Shown here: positions 15,775 to 20,000 of the stretch, one piece after another
Position numbering within the stretch: the first letter of the stretch is position 1
Layout: every line of letters starts with the position of its first letter
Virus record (IMG/VR): IMGVR_UViG_3300005201_000027
Reading direction: 5' to 3' (one strand)
DNA: 20,000 bases
DNA from: an uncultured virus (IMG/VR IMGVR_UViG_3300005201_000027)
Lineage: Duplodnaviria > Heunggongvirae > Uroviricota > Caudoviricetes
The notes under the pieces: generated by a model
The model's input: the letters and a program-made list of their open reading frames with translations, nothing else
What the model was told of the DNA's origin: nothing
Databases searched by the model: none
Position numbers and translations under genes: made by a program

Positions 15775-16149
15775 CTAAACATGTTTAACAGCGGAATATA
15801 ACGTTTCGAATACTTCTTGTACAACGTCTGTCGGAACGTAAGTGCAGATACCTCCTGAACCGTAATCTTTAAGCATTTCTCTCACCTCATCTTCCTGTAA
15901 ACTATCTCGTTCTAAGAAATTGACCGTAACTTCCCAAGTCTTATACCCATCCCATGTTGCTAAATTCTCCTTGGGATAACAATAATGACCACAGCTTGCC
16001 TGAATCGCCAGCCTAGCCAAAACGTGCTCCCAATCGTTGGCAAAGAAGATAGGCTCATTGACCCTGATTGCATCCTGTGGCAAATCTCCTGCGTAACATC
16101 TTTGTAAGTAATCCGTAAATCTAGGTGTGTCCATTGTGCTCCAACTCAT
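15775..16149 (-). CDS. Phage hypothetical protein
   Basis: GGGGTGA RBS. LAIQAS..HYCYPK...Y..WEV and YVP motif pattern. Confidence 0.7.
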   Translation of the reverse strand: MSWSTMDTPRFTDYLQRCYAGDLPQDAIRVNEPIFFANDWEHVLARLAIQASCGHYCYPKENLATWDGYKTWEVTVNFLERDSLQEDEVREMLKDYGSGGICTYVPTDVVQEVFETLYSAVKHV

Positions 16150-16285
16150 TATCTTCACCCCTGTTCAATTCTGATTTAATCGTATCTTGCCACCATATCG
16201 GAATTTGTACGAATGCGATACGCTCACCATCGAACCCATACTTGCCCATAACCTTGACAATATCCTCGTGACTAATATTTTCCAT
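16121..16285 (-). CDS. Small hypothetical protein
   Basis: GGAGGG RBS before MENISHEDIVK. Confidence 0.6.
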   Translation of the reverse strand: MENISHEDIVKVMGKYGFDGERIAFVQIPIWWQDTIKSELNRGEDNELEHNGHT

Positions 16286-16418
16286 GAAAATCCCTCCGTC
16301 AAGGTCATTATTGCCAATATTGGTGATATTTATACACAGAATCGCATAATGTTTATTGGGCACATTGATTTGCATGAGGGGTTAGCATTACCCCGATGAC
16401 TCACACCTACATTGCTAC

Positions 16419-16515
16419 AAGCCCCATATTAGCCCGTAGAGCTATTTTTATCCTCGCCCCTTATATTTTCTAGGGTTTGGGTGAAAGCTGTCTCTACGGG
16501 CTTTTATGGGGGTTT
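16419..16515. other. Long imperfect hairpin
   Basis: CCCCATA..AGCCCGTAGAG / CTCTACGGGCT..TATGGGG with an inner CCCT/AGGG stem. Confidence 0.65.
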
Positions 16516-17096
16516 TAGGCTACGTTTCGTTTGAACATTGTCCTGATTTCTTCAATAAGCTGTTCCGAATCCTTGAAGAACCTGATTCGCTTAAACCATA
16601 GCAAAGCCTTGGCATATTCTTTTTTGTTCATAAATTCCGTAGCTTCATCATATATTCTCTCAACGTCTGCCATCATCTCGGTCTGGCTACGTTCTGACAC
16701 CACTTCCTCTGGGAAGAAGAGATTGGGTTTAGGATTAGGTGAAGAGGCAGTTATCATCAACTGTTCTAACTCACTACGCCCCCAAAGGCTCACATTAGCC
16801 GTCTGTGCTAAGTTTAGTGCCTGTCGGGTATATGAACTGGTTGTTATGACCAAAGCCCTGTCAGCGCCGTAATATAGCTTTCCAGCGATAACCTCTTGTA
16901 CTCCTCCGACACTTACATTAGATTTATAGCGTTTAGCTTGAACGGCAATCTTCTTGTCACCCTCGTACAATATTAAATCAACTCCGTAATCACCAGAGCC
17001 TTTGGTCACTTCTCCTCGATAACCGATTCGCTTAAATAGCCCCATCAAGTATTTTTCAAATTCGTGTCCATCCATTCCGTCAAAATTATAGCTCAT
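16515..17096 (-). CDS. Mrr-family (Mrr_cat) restriction endonuclease-like protein
   Basis: MDGHEFEKYL, GSGDYGVDL, AVQAKRY, VQEV..G..YY.A and VITTSSYT.QA motifs, plus a helical TPR-like tail. Confidence 0.88.
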   Translation of the reverse strand: MSYNFDGMDGHEFEKYLMGLFKRIGYRGEVTKGSGDYGVDLILYEGDKKIAVQAKRYKSNVSVGGVQEVIAGKLYYGADRALVITTSSYTRQALNLAQTANVSLWGRSELEQLMITASSPNPKPNLFFPEEVVSERSQTEMMADVERIYDEATEFMNKKEYAKALLWFKRIRFFKDSEQLIEEIRTMFKRNVA

Positions 17097-17220
17097 GTTT
17101 TCTCTCCGTCCATTGATGTGATTTTTGTCTCCATTTGATTTTACCACAGATTCGGGGGCAGGTGTTGTCTAAAATGTTTTTCAAAAGGATTTATGAAAAT
17201 TTTCATTTTGCGAAGCTGTT

Positions 17221-17645
17221 ATTAAATAAATTATAAAAGAATAAGACTTATAAAAGAATAAGACTTATAAAGATATGAAAAGTCGATTTACCAGATTGTG
17301 GTGTAGCCAGATTGTGGTAAATCGACTTCTGGATGTTGTGGATAAGTGTATAAATCGCTATGTTAGCGCTCTTAATCGTTGGTAATAGCCAGAAGTCGTA
17401 TTTCAACNNNNNNNNNNNNNNNNNNNNNNNNNNNNNNNNNNNNNNNNNNNNNNNNNNNNNNNNNNNNNNNNNNNNNNNNNNNNNNNNNNNNNNNNNNNNN
17501 NNNNNNNNNNNNNNNNNNNNNNNNNNNNNNNNNNNNNNNNNNNNNNNNNNNNNNNNNNNNNNNNNNNNNNNNNNNNNNNNNNNNNNNNNNNNNNNNNNNN
17601 NNNNNNNNNNNNNNNNNNNNNNNNNNNNGTATTTCAACTTCTGGT
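17221..17645. other. Candidate plasmid-type replication origin
   Basis: AT-rich 17-mer TTATAAAAGAATAAGAC x2 plus a partial copy (17231-17273). CCAGATTGTGGT x2 inside inverted repeat AGTCGATTTACCA/TGGTAAATCGACT. Perfect DnaA box TGTGGATAA at 17337-17345 with an adjacent 8/9 box. CCAGAAGT(C/T)G x3 and GTATTTCAAC flanking the gap. Confidence 0.65.
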
Positions 17646-17651
17646 CAAAAT

Positions 17652-17671
17652 AAAAAGCCCAAAGTGGGCTT
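17652..17671 (-). terminator. Intrinsic terminator after the initiator gene
   Basis: AAGCCC-ACTTT-GGGCTT followed by a T-run on the minus strand. Confidence 0.6.
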
Positions 17672-18158
17672 AAACGTCATTCATCCAATCTCCGTTAACA
17701 ATGTAATCGTAATCAGGGTCATTTTTATCCACCTGAACTACTGCTTCATTTTCTTCAATCTGCTTTCTTGGCGACAAGTTTCCTGTGCTTTCTTGGATTA
17801 GTCTTGGGATTCCATTAGAGTCTACTTCTATCGGTTCATCCCAGAACACCCATTTCCACTGGTATACTTTGCCTGTGCTTCCACAACGGAGACTAATCTT
17901 GTGCAGGTATTTTTTTTCTTGAAGCTCTTTGGTGTACTTTTTGACAGCGTATAGAGATTCGTTTGACATTGAAACGAGGATTTTATCAGTACACGGAAAG
18001 TCTTCCTTATTTGACATTAAGTAAGCTAGTACACCTCTTGCCGCATAAGATAGCTCCTTGTTCCTTAAAACCTTAGTATGAATCTTTGTGTAATCTGTTT
18101 CGTGGCTGAATGCACGAGAGCCAACTGATGGCATAAATTTTTCATCTTCTTTTTTCAT
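17670..18158 (-). CDS. Winged-helix replication initiator/replisome organizer-like protein
   Basis: YTKIHTKVLRNKELSYAARGVLAYLMS...VKKYTKELQEKKYL is the typical N-terminal wHTH of phage initiators. AGGAGG RBS. Confidence 0.75.
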   Translation of the reverse strand: MKKEDEKFMPSVGSRAFSHETDYTKIHTKVLRNKELSYAARGVLAYLMSNKEDFPCTDKILVSMSNESLYAVKKYTKELQEKKYLHKISLRCGSTGKVYQWKWVFWDEPIEVDSNGIPRLIQESTGNLSPRKQIEENEAVVQVDKNDPDYDYIVNGDWMNDV

Positions 18159-18227
18159 TTACATTTCCTCCTAGTCTGGTAAGACAAGGATAGGAAGAAC
18201 CTTATGAGAAATATTTCCAATAGGGTA

Positions 18228-18330
18228 TTTACAAATAATCCTATATGGGGTACAATAGTCCCATAAGGTTCTTCCTTTTCCGATACCGATACAGTGCTAA
18301 GTTTGGCGACCTACACTGTATCGGTATTTT
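18228..18330 (+). ncRNA. Candidate countertranscript (antisense RNA) to the initiator leader, with its promoter
   Basis: TTTACA (18228-18233) -17- TACAAT (18251-18256), then a 14-bp stem (18283-18296 / 18314-18327) ending in Ts. Confidence 0.6.
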
Positions 18331-18492
18331 GCGTTTACCAGAAATTTTTCTAAATAAATTGTACCATATTTTGACAAAACTGTGGGAGTATTCCCTCCGA
18401 CAAATTTCGCCAATGTTAAATTTGCACAAATTATCCGATTTAATTTATATAATACATGAATTCCGACCAAATGTAAAGCCTAACCAATAGAG

Positions 18493-18912
18493 TTAGGCTT
18501 TTTTCTTTTCTGCAATTTCCAACAAATCCTTGTTTCCAGACAAACATTTGACGATACATTCAACAGCGTGCAACTCCTTTTTATCGAGCTGAACAATCAT
18601 TTCGAACAATTCCTTGATTAATTTGTCTTTTGCTAATTTATTGTCTTTAAGGGCTTCTTCCCAGAGCTTGGAATCACTTTGGCTACGATACATTGCGCCA
18701 GTTCCCTCATCAAACCATTCCTTACGGATATTAAATCTCTCTATAATATGGGATGCAAATTCTTTTTTCAAAGGTGTTCGTAAAAGTTCCACGTTAACAA
18801 TCTTCCCACGACTTACCCCGAGCTTTCTTCCAAATTGTGTTTGGGTGAATTTCTGGTCTTCCCTAATCTTCCTCACTCTATCAGCGTGTTCTTTCGAATA
18901 TCCGTAATCCAT
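18493..18912 (-). CDS. XRE-family (CI-like) repressor
   Basis: RVRKIREDQKFTQTQFGRKLGVSRGKIVNVE HTH and FNIRKEWFDEGTGAM signature. GAGGGAG RBS. Confidence 0.88.
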   Translation of the reverse strand: MDYGYSKEHADRVRKIREDQKFTQTQFGRKLGVSRGKIVNVELLRTPLKKEFASHIIERFNIRKEWFDEGTGAMYRSQSDSKLWEEALKDNKLAKDKLIKELFEMIVQLDKKELHAVECIVKCLSGNKDLLEIAEKKKA

Positions 18913-19182
18913 TAAACCCAGCTCCCTCTAAATGTGCAAATATCACTTACTGCTATTTTAGCACGGAAAGACTTTACTTAAAGGATTTTCAAATAATCAG
19001 AATAATTTCGGGAGGTATGCGCAAATTAATTAACGAAAGGTGTGAATAACACCTATCTGAAAAAGCTTGTCGCCTCAGCACATCAACTCAAACACTAACC
19101 CCAAATATTCTTAAAAATATGGTATAATTAACCTAGGGATAATTCCCTTTCTATATATATGCAACAGTTTAGGAGGTCAAAT

Positions 19183-19503
19183 ATGAGCAATAAATCTCCA
19201 ATCAAGACGTACAAGCACGCTTCACTCAAAGTCGGACAAACAGTTGCCATCAAACGTGGTGACGTTAAAATAGATTTGCTCTACATTGACCCAAAGACTG
19301 GTAACAAGAGGGTGAGATATACTTCTTGCGTAGAACCGTTTGAGACAAGGAATTGTACGATACGGTCATTCGAGGGTTATGTATCTAAAGCTAAGGCGCA
19401 ACAACTGCAACCAAATATTTCCGCAGAGCCTGTGAAGATAACCGTGGAAGCAAATGGACAGAAATTTACACTCACCGTTCCGCCAAGATTGGAGGTGTGC
19501 TGA
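19183..19503 (+). CDS. Hypothetical protein divergent from the repressor
   Basis: AGGAGG RBS. Extended -10 TGGTATAAT at ~19120. Confidence 0.75.
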   Translation: MSNKSPIKTYKHASLKVGQTVAIKRGDVKIDLLYIDPKTGNKRVRYTSCVEPFETRNCTIRSFEGYVSKAKAQQLQPNISAEPVKITVEANGQKFTLTVPPRLEVC

Positions 19504-19643
19504 TGGTACTGTTAGATGAAACATTAGAGCTAGGTCAGATATTCCTACAACTGTACCGAGCAGAAGTTAAGCCGGAGGATTTGAAGAAGGTGATTAGCCA
19601 GTACGAGAATTTCTATATAAATTTCCCAGAGAATTTGGATTGA
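19503..19643 (+). CDS. Small hypothetical protein (46 aa)
   Basis: GGAGGTG RBS and TGATG coupling. MVLLDETLELGQIFLQLYRAEVKPEDLKKVISQYENFYINFPENLD*. Confidence 0.7.
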   Translation: MVLLDETLELGQIFLQLYRAEVKPEDLKKVISQYENFYINFPENLD

Positions 19644-19683
19644 CCTGTTAAATAGATGATTTTATTAAATTTCCAGATATTAG

Positions 19684-19723
19684 GTGGATTTAAGCTTATT
19701 TTAAAGCTTAAATCCACTTTTTT
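19684..19723 (+). terminator. Intrinsic terminator
   Basis: 14-bp stem GTGGATTTAAGCTT/AAGCTTAAATCCAC followed by T6. Confidence 0.85.
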
Positions 19724-20000
19724 GCATTTATTTTAAGTTTTTTTCTAAAATGACTTCCAATAGACTGCCATTTTTGTGTTTATATAGTAGAGCCCCTTTA
19801 GTACTAACGTTAGAAAAATCAAATAGCTAAATGAGCAATAAGAAAAAAGTAGCGGATAAGAGAAATATGAACAATAAATTAGTATATAAAGCTTAATACT
19901 AAATCCTAATAAATAATAAACAGTAATAAGATTTAGTAATTAAATTTAAAATAGATATTAGTATTAAGGATTAAATTTCATATAAAGATTATTATTAACC

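Noticed and set aside
17398..17638. CRISPR array hidden in the 221-N gap
   Set aside because: Only a 10-bp flank repeat is visible, there is no cas operon, and the context fits origin repeats better. It cannot be fully excluded until the gap is closed.
15176..19650. Dispersed inverted 13-mer AATTTCCCAGAGA (~15186-15198 and 19620-19632)
   Set aside because: It is short, lies inside small ORFs (both encode NFPE), and no recombinase or TSD supports an invertible segment.

Overview
AT-rich DNA from a Bacillota (Firmicutes) phage, probably temperate or a phage-plasmid. 1-6240 (+) is a nucleotide-metabolism and replication operon: the 3' part of a group I intron interrupting a dUTPase gene, class Ib ribonucleotide reductase in the order nrdE-nrdI-nrdF, a dNMP kinase, a Cas4-like nuclease and a sigma region-4 protein. 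6432-14430 (-) is an early/accessory region of small orphan genes behind consensus sigmaA promoters. It holds two paralogous cassettes (membrane peptide, embedded antisense promoter, second hydrophobic peptide, AbrB-like regulator) and a ~375-nt structured RNA closed by a 26-bp stalk, lying between an operator-covered promoter and a ribbon-helix-helix gene. 14430-15150 is non-coding, with phased motifs, G-runs and a dif-like site. 15150-20000 has small ORFs, an Mrr-like endonuclease, a plasmid-like origin (DnaA box, iteron-like and AT-rich repeats), a candidate initiator gene with a likely countertranscript, and an XRE repressor with a divergent operon. Two N gaps (6263-6402, 17408-17628) hide sequence. 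All calls were made by eye, with no database searches.
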